Positions 1 to 7,504 of a stretch of DNA of 32,495 bases are shown in pieces (position 1 is the first letter of the stretch; each line of letters starts with the position of its first letter). Source of the stretch: Candidatus Limnocylindrales bacterium (GTDB lineage Bacteria > Chloroflexota > Limnocylindria > Limnocylindrales > CSP1-4); the NCBI GenBank assembly GCA_038320305.1, contig JBBQEC010000002.1:1-32495 (forward strand), written 5' to 3'. Made by a program: the position numbers and the translations under genes. The notes below the pieces were generated by a model. It ran no database searches. It was not told the DNA's origin and saw only the letters and a program-made list of their open reading frames with translations.

Positions 1-855
1 GGCGCCTTCAGCCACGCCCGGCAGCGTACCTTCGATGTCGGGCCACTTGCGGCCTTTGGCAAGCTCGACCCCGAGGGCGTGGTTGCGCGACAGGTTCGAA
101 TAGCACGTGGCGATGACGTCGCCCAGGCCAGCCAGACCGGCAAACGTGAGAGGGTTCGCGCCGGCGGCGATGCCCAGGCGCGTGATCTCGGCCAGGCCAC
201 GCGTGATCAGGCCGGCCTTGCCGTTGTCGCCGAAGCCCAGCTGCTCGGCGGCGCCCGCGGCCACGGCGATGATGTTCTTCAGGGCGCCGCACAGCTCAAC
301 GCCGATCACGTCACGGTTCCGATAGACCCGGAACGAGCGCGTTCCGATCATCTCCGATGCGCGCAGGCCGACAGCCTCGTCCTCCGCAGCCACGACGCTG
401 CTCGCGGGCAGTCCGCGGGCGATCTCGAGCGCCAGGTTCGGGCCGGACATGGCCGCAGTACGTCCCGCGGCGGCCGGAATTTCAGACTCGATCACCTGGG
501 TCATGCGCATCAGCGAGTCGTGCTCGATGCCCTTGGCCACGGACAGCAGCACGGCATCGTCGTCGATGGCCGGCGCGACACGGGCCGCCGTCTCGCGCAT
601 CGCCGCGGCAGGCACGGCAAAGATGACCAGCTCGTCGGCCATGCGCACTCGCTGCGGATCCGCAGTGACCTCGATCTCGACCGGGATCGCAACGTCAGGC
701 ATGTAGCGCTCGTTGCGATGCGACGAGGAGAGGCTGCGCGCCTGTTCTTCGTCGCGGGCCAGCAGGACGACGGGGCCACGCTTGGCCAGATGCAGGGCGA
801 GGGTCGTGCCCCACGTCCCGGCACCCACTACTGCCCTATGGGCGTGGCGATCCAA
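1..855 (-). CDS. gpsA: NAD(P)H-dependent glycerol-3-phosphate dehydrogenase. The 3' end runs off the window; about 285 N-terminal codons are present.
   Basis: This comes from my own reverse-strand translation. The frame is absent from the ORF track because it has no in-window stop. TTG at 855-853 is followed by DRHAHRAVVGAGTWGTTLALHLAKRGPVVLLARDEEQARSLSSSHRNERYMPDVAIP. That contains the GxGxWG Rossmann motif and the HxNxRY(L/M)P motif of GpsA. The last in-window codons read ...GTLPGVAEGA. It starts 2 nt after the der stop, the classic der-gpsA pair. Confidence 0.85.
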   Translation of the reverse strand, partial: MDRHAHRAVVGAGTWGTTLALHLAKRGPVVLLARDEEQARSLSSSHRNERYMPDVAIPVEIEVTADPQRVRMADELVIFAVPAAAMRETAARVAPAIDDDAVLLSVAKGIEHDSLMRMTQVIESEIPAAAGRTAAMSGPNLALEIARGLPASSVVAAEDEAVGLRASEMIGTRSFRVYRNRDVIGVELCGALKNIIAVAAGAAEQLGFGDNGKAGLITRGLAEITRLGIAAGANPLTFAGLAGLGDVIATCYSNLSRNHALGVELAKGRKWPDIEGTLPGVAEGA

Positions 856-857
856 AG

Positions 858-2537
858 TCAGCTGCGCTTCGTCGGGGACTCGGCGGGTGCGCGCCCGCCG
901 CTCTTGGTTTCGCCGCTCTTGGTGCCACCGCTCTTCGCGCTGGCACCCTTGGCGATGCGGCCGTTGGCGCTATGGCCCTTGGCGCTGCGGCCGCTGGCGC
1001 TACGACCCTTGCCGCTGCGGCCCTTGGCGCCACTACCACCCTTGGGGCCCCCCTGCTTGCGCGTCGACTCCTCGCGCGCTCGCTCGCGGATGAACAGCCG
1101 GATCGGCGTGCCGCTGAAGCCGAATGCCTCGCGCAGCCGGTTCTCGAGATAACGCCTGTAACTGAAGTGGATGAGCTCCGCGCCGTTCGCAAACAGCACG
1201 AACGTGGGCGGCTCGATCTGGACCTGCGTGGCGTAGAAGAAACGTGGCTGCCTGCCGCGGGCATTCGGCGGTGGACGGCGCACCGTCACCTCGCGCAGCC
1301 ATGCGTTCAGGGCTGGCGTAGGCACGCGCCGACGGCGCTCCGCCGCGATTTCGAGGGCCGCCTCGATGACGCGTTCGACGCGCTGACCTGTCTTGGCGCT
1401 GATCGACACGATCGGGGCAAAGCCCAGGAACGGGGCCTCGCGCCTGAGCTCCACGGCGTATTCGTCAAAGGTGCTCTGCGTCTTGTCCTCGATGAGATCC
1501 CACTTGTTGATCGCGATGACAACGCCGATGCCCTCTTCGAGGGCGTATCCGGCAACGTGCGCGTCCTGCGCGGTCAGGCCTTCAGAGGCATCGAGCACAA
1601 GAACGGCAACGTCCGCGCGCGAGACGGCCTTCAGCGCGCGTAGCGTCGCGTAGCGTTCCGCTGCCGGACCGGATGCGACCTTGCCGCGTCGCTTGATACC
1701 GGCCGTGTCGACCAATCGCACGATGCGCCCTGCCCACAGGACCGACGTGTCGATGGCGTCACGTGTCGTGCCCGGGATATCGCTGACGATCGCGCGTTCC
1801 TCGCCGAGCAACGCGTTGAGCAGCGAGCTCTTGCCCACATTCGGCCGGCCGATGATCGCCATTCGCGCCGGTCGGTCGTCGAAGGCGAAGGCCGCCTCGT
1901 CTTCAGCGTCAAGCGCTGGGTCGGTGTCATCGAAATCATCGAGCTCCGCCTCCTTCCGCTTGCGCTCGAGCTCTGATTCGGATTCGGGTGGCAGCGCCCA
2001 CACGATGACGTCGAGGAGGTCGGCAACACCGCGGCCGTGGAGCGCGCTGATGGCGTGGGTCTCCGGCCAGCCCATGACGTGGAACTCCGCGGCCTGGAGC
2101 TCGCGGTTGGGGTTGTCGGCCTTGTTCGCGGCCACGATCACCGGCGCCTTCGATGCGCGGAGAACTTCCGCGGCCTCCTGGTCGGCCGGCGTGGGGCCCG
2201 AATCGGCATCGACCACGAAGACGATGACGTCCGCCTCCTGGATCGCCAGCCGTGCCTGCTCCTGGACGCGCTCCTCGATGGGATCGCCGGGATGCTGCTC
2301 AAGACCCCCGGTGTCGATGACGATGAAGCGCCTGCCGTTCCACTCCGCGACGTCATAGATGCGATCGCGCGTGGTCCGGGCACGATCCTCGACGATCGCA
2401 ACGCGCTCACCGACTACGCGATTGAACAGGGTGCTCTTACCGACATTGGGCCGGCCAACAAAGGCAACGACCGGTAAGCCCTGTGTGGGTAGGTCCTGAT
2501 CGCGGCCGGATGTCGGACGGGCGCCGCGGCGTGCCAC
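858..2537 (-). CDS. der: Ribosome-assembly GTPase Der/EngA (two G domains plus KH-like domain) with an acidic inter-domain insert and a ~72-aa basic Gly/Ser/Lys C-terminal tail
   Basis: Two P-loops are present (GRPNVGKST, GRPNVGKSS), with DTGG/DTAG and NKAD/NKWD motifs. The KH-like end reads PPTFVLFANG...YRRYLENRLREAFGFSGTPIRL. GTG start lies 3 nt after the ispH stop. Confidence 0.95.
   Translation of the reverse strand: MARRGARPTSGRDQDLPTQGLPVVAFVGRPNVGKSTLFNRVVGERVAIVEDRARTTRDRIYDVAEWNGRRFIVIDTGGLEQHPGDPIEERVQEQARLAIQEADVIVFVVDADSGPTPADQEAAEVLRASKAPVIVAANKADNPNRELQAAEFHVMGWPETHAISALHGRGVADLLDVIVWALPPESESELERKRKEAELDDFDDTDPALDAEDEAAFAFDDRPARMAIIGRPNVGKSSLLNALLGEERAIVSDIPGTTRDAIDTSVLWAGRIVRLVDTAGIKRRGKVASGPAAERYATLRALKAVSRADVAVLVLDASEGLTAQDAHVAGYALEEGIGVVIAINKWDLIEDKTQSTFDEYAVELRREAPFLGFAPIVSISAKTGQRVERVIEAALEIAAERRRRVPTPALNAWLREVTVRRPPPNARGRQPRFFYATQVQIEPPTFVLFANGAELIHFSYRRYLENRLREAFGFSGTPIRLFIRERAREESTRKQGGPKGGSGAKGRSGKGRSASGRSAKGHSANGRIAKGASAKSGGTKSGETKSGGRAPAESPTKRS
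898..1047 (-). repeat. About ten imperfect 15-bp tandem repeats inside the der 3' end, encoding a G-x-S-A-K-like pentapeptide array
   Basis: Plus-strand units are ccgctcttggtttcg / ccgctcttggtgcca / ...cccttggcgatgcgg / ccgttggcgctatgg / cccttggcgctgcgg / ccgctggcgctacga / cccttgccgctgcgg / cccttggcgccacta. They translate to GAKGRSGKGRSASGRSAKGHSANGRIAKGASAKSGGTKSGETKSGG. Confidence 0.8.
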
Positions 2538-2540
2538 CGA

Positions 2541-3524
2541 TCAGGCCGCGTCGGCGGTTACGGGCCGGCGCGGCTTACCCCGCTCATCGAGTGAGCTGCT
2601 GCGATATGCGGGCTGCGCGACGGCGCTGAGCGCTTCGCGCGAGAGCTTGTCCGCGGCGGCCTTTGCCTGATCCGTACCGGCCAGCTCGAAGACACGCTGA
2701 GTAACCTTCTCGAGGTCCTCGATCGGCGTGCTCGTTCCACCCGTGACGCCGACAACCTTGGCGCTGCCAAAGGCCGCGACGTCATCAAGGTCGTGGTCGC
2801 TCTCGATCTGGATCACGGGCTTGCCGGCGATCTCGCACAGCCTCGTCAGCTCCTTGGTATTTGCGCTGTTGCGTCCGCCCACGACGACCATCATGTCGAC
2901 CTGGTCGGCAAGCTCCATCGTGTCCTGCTGACGCCGGATCGTGACCGGACAGACCGTGTTGACGATCTTCAGCTCGTGCGATCGGCTGACGAGGTACGCG
3001 GCGAGCTTCTCGAACTTCCATGGTGGCTGCGTGCTCTGGCTTATGAGCGCCATGCGCTTCGTGCGTGGGATGCTCGTCCAGTCCTCTTCCTCGTCGACGA
3101 CGATCGCGTCGGGCGCAAAGCCCAGCAGGCCCACGACCTCAGGATGACGCGGCGTGCCGAGCAGGACGATCGTGTAGCCCTCGTCGACGAGCTTCTGAAG
3201 CTCCTTCTGCTCCTGGATCACCCACGTGCACGTGCCGTCGATGACCTCCAGGCCGCGCTCTTCCGCGCGCGCCATGACCTCGGGCGTAACGCCGTGCGCG
3301 CGGATGACGACGGCCGCGCCAGCATCGACATCGTCGAGCGTGTCGACCGTCTGGATGCCCTGGCCCTCGAGCTGGGCGATGACGCCCTCGTTGTGCACGA
3401 CCTGACCGAGCGTGTGCGTCTGCTTGCCCTGTGCGGCGGCCAGGCGTGCGTAGTCAATCGCCTCGCGCACTCCATAGCAGAACCCAGTCCGGCGCGCGAT
3501 CCGGACTTCCTCGACGGTACCCAT
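2541..3524 (-). CDS. ispH: 4-hydroxy-3-methylbut-2-enyl diphosphate reductase (MEP pathway), with a ~40-aa non-conserved C-terminal tail
   Basis: ATG start. Motifs: GFCYGVREAI (first cluster Cys), VVHNEGV, IRAHGV, DGTCTWV (second Cys), NTVCPVT (third Cys), VVGGRNSANT. Confidence 0.93.
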   Translation of the reverse strand: MGTVEEVRIARRTGFCYGVREAIDYARLAAAQGKQTHTLGQVVHNEGVIAQLEGQGIQTVDTLDDVDAGAAVVIRAHGVTPEVMARAEERGLEVIDGTCTWVIQEQKELQKLVDEGYTIVLLGTPRHPEVVGLLGFAPDAIVVDEEEDWTSIPRTKRMALISQSTQPPWKFEKLAAYLVSRSHELKIVNTVCPVTIRRQQDTMELADQVDMMVVVGGRNSANTKELTRLCEIAGKPVIQIESDHDLDDVAAFGSAKVVGVTGGTSTPIEDLEKVTQRVFELAGTDQAKAAADKLSREALSAVAQPAYRSSSLDERGKPRRPVTADAA

Positions 3525-3540
3525 TCACGGTCAAGTATGG

Positions 3541-3568
3541 CACCGGCCGCTCTGTTGGCCGGTGTTTT
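3541..3568. terminator. Perfect 8-bp GC-rich hairpin (CACCGGCC-N8-GGCCGGTG). The T4 tract follows it only on the plus strand.
   Basis: 3541-3548 caccggcc, 3557-3564 ggccggtg, 3565-3568 tttt. It lies 28 nt downstream of the 3592 gene stop and 16 nt upstream of the ispH ATG. On the coding (minus) strand it is preceded by A4 and not followed by U's. Confidence 0.4.
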
Positions 3569-3591
3569 GCGACGTGCCGAGCTGGCTGGCG

Positions 3592-4209
3592 TTAGGGGCT
3601 GTGACTCGCCGCGGCCCCTGCGTCGACCGAGCCGACGAGCTTCGTGCCGTCCGAGTTTTCGACATAGCACGTGACGCCACGGTCGTTGCTGTCAGTCCAG
3701 CTCGATGTCGTTGGGTAAAAGTAGGCGTACGAGAGGCCCGCCGCGTCGATCTCGGCCAGCGTCCGGCCGGTGTAGGTCTGCACTGCCGGCAGGCAGTTCG
3801 TACGGACGTAATCGTCGAACGCTGTCGTGCCCGGATACGCAGTCCCGTTGGCGCCCGGATAGGTCAGGTTGGCGAAGACCTCGCCGTCGTGCGGCTCGGT
3901 GCACGGCTGGTGCTGGACGTCGGTGATCGAGATCGTGCTCGACGGGTCGTCGATGCAGTCGCCGACCTGGAGCGAGTTGACGTCGCCGCTGATCCGATCG
4001 CGGAAGAGAATGAGGGCGCAGACGATGAGGACAACCAGGATGACCAGCACACCGAGGGCGATCAGCCCGGAGCGGCGGCTGCGCGTCTTCGGCGGCGGCG
4101 CGGATTGCGCATAAGACGGCGGGCCGGGCGGTGGGTAGCCCGGCATCTGGTCGTCGGGTACCGCTCCCGGGCTATTTCCACTGGGCGGCGGCGTCGGATA
4201 TATGGCCAT
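3592..4209 (-). CDS. Single-pass membrane protein with a Pro-rich cytoplasmic N-terminus and a 4-Cys extracytoplasmic domain resembling the actinobacterial 'septum formation' family
   Basis: ATG start with GAGGG about 8 nt upstream. Pro-rich N-terminus: PTPPPSGNSPG...PPPGPPSYAQSAPPP. TM: GLIALGVLVILVVLIVCALILF. Cys-containing motifs: VGDCIDDP...QPCTEPHDGEVFA...NCLPAV...WTDSNDRGVTCYV. The family assignment is from memory of the GDC...C..PH..EV pattern and is not searched. Confidence 0.7.
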   Translation of the reverse strand: MAIYPTPPPSGNSPGAVPDDQMPGYPPPGPPSYAQSAPPPKTRSRRSGLIALGVLVILVVLIVCALILFRDRISGDVNSLQVGDCIDDPSSTISITDVQHQPCTEPHDGEVFANLTYPGANGTAYPGTTAFDDYVRTNCLPAVQTYTGRTLAEIDAAGLSYAYFYPTTSSWTDSNDRGVTCYVENSDGTKLVGSVDAGAAASHSP

Positions 4210-4355
4210 TGAACTGCCCTCTCTCTGCTCCCTGGATGGTCGCTTGCGCGCTCGGCGCGAATTCTGTCATACGTGTCCTTGAGACCCACGTCGACAGTAA
4301 CCGTCCAAGTTGCATGGCACCGGCCAGGCCGCCAACAACTCGCCAGGCGAATCGA

Positions 4356-4718
4356 TCAGGGCGTGACGATCTTCGGTGCTTTCGTGTTCTTCGGCTTGGG
4401 TGTCTTGATCGGCTTCGGCGTTTTGGTCGGCTTCAGCGTGTTGATCGGCTGCGGAGTTGCCGTTGGCGTGGGCCACGCAGTGGGAGCGGCGGTCGCTGCG
4501 GGTCCATGGTTCCCGAACGCATCGCCCACGTTGGACAGCACGCTGTGGATGCTGGTCCCAAGGTAGGTCACGCTCGCGATGGCCAGTATTCCGATCAATG
4601 CAAGAATCAGCGCGTACTCGACCAGTCCTTGCCCCCGCTGGCGACGGCCTCGTCGCCTCCCGGCGCGCGACCGAACGGAGGCCCTGGGCCCCCCAGGCTC
4701 GTTCCACAGTTGCGTCAT
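4356..4718 (-). CDS. Flp/Fap-type (type IVb, Tad-like) pilin-like protein with a long Pro/Thr/Lys-rich C-terminal extension
   Basis: Canonical Flp motif RGQGLVEYALILALIGILAIASVTYLG (G/xxxxEY followed by a hydrophobic helix). Start chosen at ATG 4718 (MTQLWNEPGG...). The longest ORF starts at TTG 4763. C-terminus: TPTATPQPINTLKPTKTPKPIKTPKPKNTKAPKIVTP. Confidence 0.75.
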   Translation of the reverse strand: MTQLWNEPGGPRASVRSRAGRRRGRRQRGQGLVEYALILALIGILAIASVTYLGTSIHSVLSNVGDAFGNHGPAATAAPTAWPTPTATPQPINTLKPTKTPKPIKTPKPKNTKAPKIVTP

Positions 4719-4795
4719 GGCAACAACCTTGCCAGCCCGCTGACGCAGTCCGGGCTGGCCCAAAGGTCATAGGGTGCGGCTAGGCAGCTTGTCCC

Positions 4796-5455
4796 TCAGC
4801 CGAATGGTCCGCGGTGCTGCTCGTCGACAAGTTCTGCGATATGGCCCATCAGGTCGTCCGAGGCCGCGCTCATTGCCGCGCGGCGTGGTTGCGTTGGATC
4901 GAGCTGCAGGGTAAATGGCTCACCGGCGCGGATCGTGATCCTTGATCCGAGGCGCGGCATGCGCATGCCACGGCCAAGAAATGTGTCACTGCCCGAGATG
5001 CCGATGGCCACGACCGGGACGCCGGAGCGCGTTGCGAGCATCGCAACGCCCAGCTTGGGCTCCTGCATCACGCCTGTCAGGCTGCGCGTGCCTTCCGGGA
5101 AGATGCACAGGACCTCGCCGCGGTCGAGCACTGCCTTCGCCGCTCGGTACGCCTCAATGTCGCTGCCACCGGTTCTTACCGGCATGATGCCGTTGTGTCG
5201 CAGGAACCAGCCGACTGGCCCGACGAACAGTGATTCCTTCGCCAGGATGTGCATCTGCCGACCCAGTGCGGGCGTCAGCCAGCCGTAGACGAGTGGCGGA
5301 TCGGCGTTGGAGATGTGGTTGGCGACGACGATCAAAGGGCCGTCGCGGCGGAGGTTCTCGAAGCCCTGGACCCTGACCCGTGCGCTTGTGCCCAGAAGGA
5401 ACCGGCAGATGAACGCCGCTATCCGTGCAGTCAGAGAGGCCTGCTTGGGCTTCAC
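4796..5455 (-). CDS. plsC: 1-acyl-sn-glycerol-3-phosphate acyltransferase family protein
   Basis: HxxxxD motif as VANHISNAD, plus FPEGTRS and PVVAIGISG blocks. GTG start in a GTGA overlap with the upstream stop. Confidence 0.85.
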   Translation of the reverse strand: MKPKQASLTARIAAFICRFLLGTSARVRVQGFENLRRDGPLIVVANHISNADPPLVYGWLTPALGRQMHILAKESLFVGPVGWFLRHNGIMPVRTGGSDIEAYRAAKAVLDRGEVLCIFPEGTRSLTGVMQEPKLGVAMLATRSGVPVVAIGISGSDTFLGRGMRMPRLGSRITIRAGEPFTLQLDPTQPRRAAMSAASDDLMGHIAELVDEQHRGPFG

Positions 5456-6939
5456 GCGTCGGCCCGCTCGCGCTCAGCGTGACGAACGATCTCGACCACT
5501 TCGGCCACCGTCTCGCTGAGCGAGTTGCCTTCCGTCTTGACCAGCGTCGCCCCCACCGGAACCTGCAACGGGGCCGTTGCGCGGCTGCTGTCGATACCGT
5601 CGCGCTGGCGCAGCTCTTCCTCGATCAGCGCGACGGCGCGCGCGTCCTTTGCCAGCCCGCGCTCCTCAGCCCGTCGCCGCGCGCGCTCCGCGACGGAAAC
5701 GTCGAGATACAGCTTCACGTCAGCGTCCGGTAGCACGACCGTGCCGATGTCGCGCCCGGCCATGATGATCCGGCCCTTGGCCGCCAGGGCTCGCTGAAGT
5801 TGCAGCAGATCCGCCCGAACCGGGGCGTGCTGCGAGACGCGACTCACCTCCCGATCAACCTGTGCCGTATGGAGGCGCTCGGTCACGTCCTCGCCGCTCA
5901 CGAACATGCGCACGTACCGATCTTCTTCATCCGGTCGCAGGTCCATCTCACGGACCAGCGGCACGAGACTGTGCGCATCGTCGAGATCGGTTCCGCGCTC
6001 CATCGCCAGCCATGTCAGACCGCGGTACAGAACGCCCGTGTCACAGAACTGGTAGCCCAGACTCGCGGCGGCACGCATGCCGACCGTGCTCTTGCCGCTG
6101 CCGCCGGGGCCGTCGATACTCACGATCAGGCCACGCGACGATTTCGTTCGCGGCGGCGGCGGTGCGGCTCCCGAGAGGGCATCGAGTTGCTGCCGTTCCG
6201 CGGCCGACAGCTCACGGACTTCACCCAGGTGCATGCCACTCAGGCGCACGGTGCCGAAGCGCAGCCTGATCAGTCGGCGAACGGGCACTCCGACGGCAAC
6301 GAACATGCGCCGGATCTGACGCTTCATCCCCTGGCGCAACGTGACCATGTACCAGGTCAGATCGGTTACGGGCCGACCCACCGCCTCGCCCAGAAGCCGA
6401 ACCTCTGCCGAGGTAGCCGGGCGCAGGTTGGCCAGACGGGCCGTCCCCTCCTCCATCTGCACGCCGCCTTCAAGCGTCTCGCGCTGTTGCCGGCCGAGCG
6501 GCTGCTCGATGCCCACCGCGTACTCGCGCTCAACGCCATGACTCGGATGGAGCATCCGCTGCGCCCAGTCGCCGTCGTTGGTCAGCAGCAGCAGACCTTC
6601 CGAATCGCGATCGAGCCTGCCCACTGGGAACAGGCGCTCGGCGCGCGTCCGGAGCTCACGGGGCACGAGGTCGATCACGGTGCTCGAGGCGTGCCTGTCG
6701 CTGACCGTGCTCGTGACACCGGCAGGTTTCGCCAGCGCGAGGTAGAGCCGCTTCTGCGCGCCGGCGATCGCGTGGCCATCGACTGCAAGCACGTCCCGGG
6801 CCGGATCGACGAGCTGGCCAACCCCGGCGATTGACCCATTCACCGTCACGCGACCTTGCGCGACGATTTGCTCCGATTTGCGACGCGACGCGACACCGGC
6901 GTCGGCCAGCGCCTTGTGGATCCTGACCCCGTCACTCAA
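5452..6939 (-). CDS. rluB/cmk: Fusion protein: N-terminal S4 plus RsuA/RluB-family pseudouridine synthase, Pro-rich linker, C-terminal cytidylate kinase
   Basis: S4 domain: RIHKALADAGVASRRKSEQIVAQGRVTVNG. Catalytic block: GRLDRDSEGLLLLTNDG...REY. Linker: SGAAPPPPRTKSSRG. Cmk P-loop and core: IVSIDGPGGSGKSTVG...DTGVLYRGLT...GRDIGTVVLPDADVKLYLD...RRR...RD. It is a single uninterrupted 495-codon frame. Confidence 0.9.
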   Translation of the reverse strand: MSDGVRIHKALADAGVASRRKSEQIVAQGRVTVNGSIAGVGQLVDPARDVLAVDGHAIAGAQKRLYLALAKPAGVTSTVSDRHASSTVIDLVPRELRTRAERLFPVGRLDRDSEGLLLLTNDGDWAQRMLHPSHGVEREYAVGIEQPLGRQQRETLEGGVQMEEGTARLANLRPATSAEVRLLGEAVGRPVTDLTWYMVTLRQGMKRQIRRMFVAVGVPVRRLIRLRFGTVRLSGMHLGEVRELSAAERQQLDALSGAAPPPPRTKSSRGLIVSIDGPGGSGKSTVGMRAAASLGYQFCDTGVLYRGLTWLAMERGTDLDDAHSLVPLVREMDLRPDEEDRYVRMFVSGEDVTERLHTAQVDREVSRVSQHAPVRADLLQLQRALAAKGRIIMAGRDIGTVVLPDADVKLYLDVSVAERARRRAEERGLAKDARAVALIEEELRQRDGIDSSRATAPLQVPVGATLVKTEGNSLSETVAEVVEIVRHAERERADA

Positions 6940-7504
6940 CGAGCCGCTCCGCCGCCTCGGCGTCGAGCGGCGGCAGATCGTCGAGCGACGTCAGTCCGAA
7001 TCTCTCCATGAAGTCGAAGCCTGTTCCGTAGAGGATCGGGCGTCCGGGGGTGTCGGCTCGGCCCTGCTCAACAACCAGCCGGCGATGCAGAAGCGTCCGA
7101 ACGACATAGTCCGAGTCAACGCCGCGGATGCGCTCGATCGCCCCACGCGTCACGGGCTGGCGGTAGGCGACGATGGCCAATGTCTCGAGCGCCGCGGGTG
7201 ACAGGCGAGCGCCCTGGGCACCGATGTAGCGCGCGATGAGCGATCCCGCTTCGGGCGCGGTGACCAGCTGGACTTCGTCGCCCGCAGCAACGAGCCGCAC
7301 GCCGCGGTCGCCATCACGCAGCGCTACCTCCAGGTCGCCCAGAACGCTGTCGACGGCCGCGCGGTCGACGCCCGCTAGCGTTGCGATCTCGCGCCGCGTC
7401 AGAGGCTTCTCGGCAACGAACAGCAGCGCCTCAAGCTGCGCGGTGCTGAGCGAGCCGATGGCGTCGCGTTCGATCGTCGCGACCTCCTCGCCGTCCTCAG
7501 CCAT
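6932..7504 (-). CDS. scpB: Segregation and condensation protein B
   Basis: Motifs: LEALLFVAEKPLTRREIA...AYRQPVTRGAIERIRGVDSDYVVRTLLHRRLV...GRADTPGRPILYGTGFDFMERFGL. ATG at 7504 is preferred (ATGGCTGA overlap with the scpA stop). The longest ORF begins at TTG 7522. Confidence 0.9.
   Translation of the reverse strand: MAEDGEEVATIERDAIGSLSTAQLEALLFVAEKPLTRREIATLAGVDRAAVDSVLGDLEVALRDGDRGVRLVAAGDEVQLVTAPEAGSLIARYIGAQGARLSPAALETLAIVAYRQPVTRGAIERIRGVDSDYVVRTLLHRRLVVEQGRADTPGRPILYGTGFDFMERFGLTSLDDLPPLDAEAAERLVE

Noticed and set aside
93-101. GGTTCGAAT, a tRNA T-loop-like string
   Set aside because: It lies inside the open gpsA reading frame. No acceptor, D or anticodon stems can be drawn around it.
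79-1152. Large plus-strand ORFs throughout the track (e.g. 79-1152, 2793-3674, 5800-6834, 7236-8228, 16372-17550 upstream part, 21563-22699, 25291-26493, 27281-29107)
   Set aside because: Each lies antisense to a minus-strand gene with clear conserved motifs. Their translations are Arg/Ala/Gly/His-rich with no recognisable domains. This is the expected shadow-ORF behaviour of high-GC DNA.
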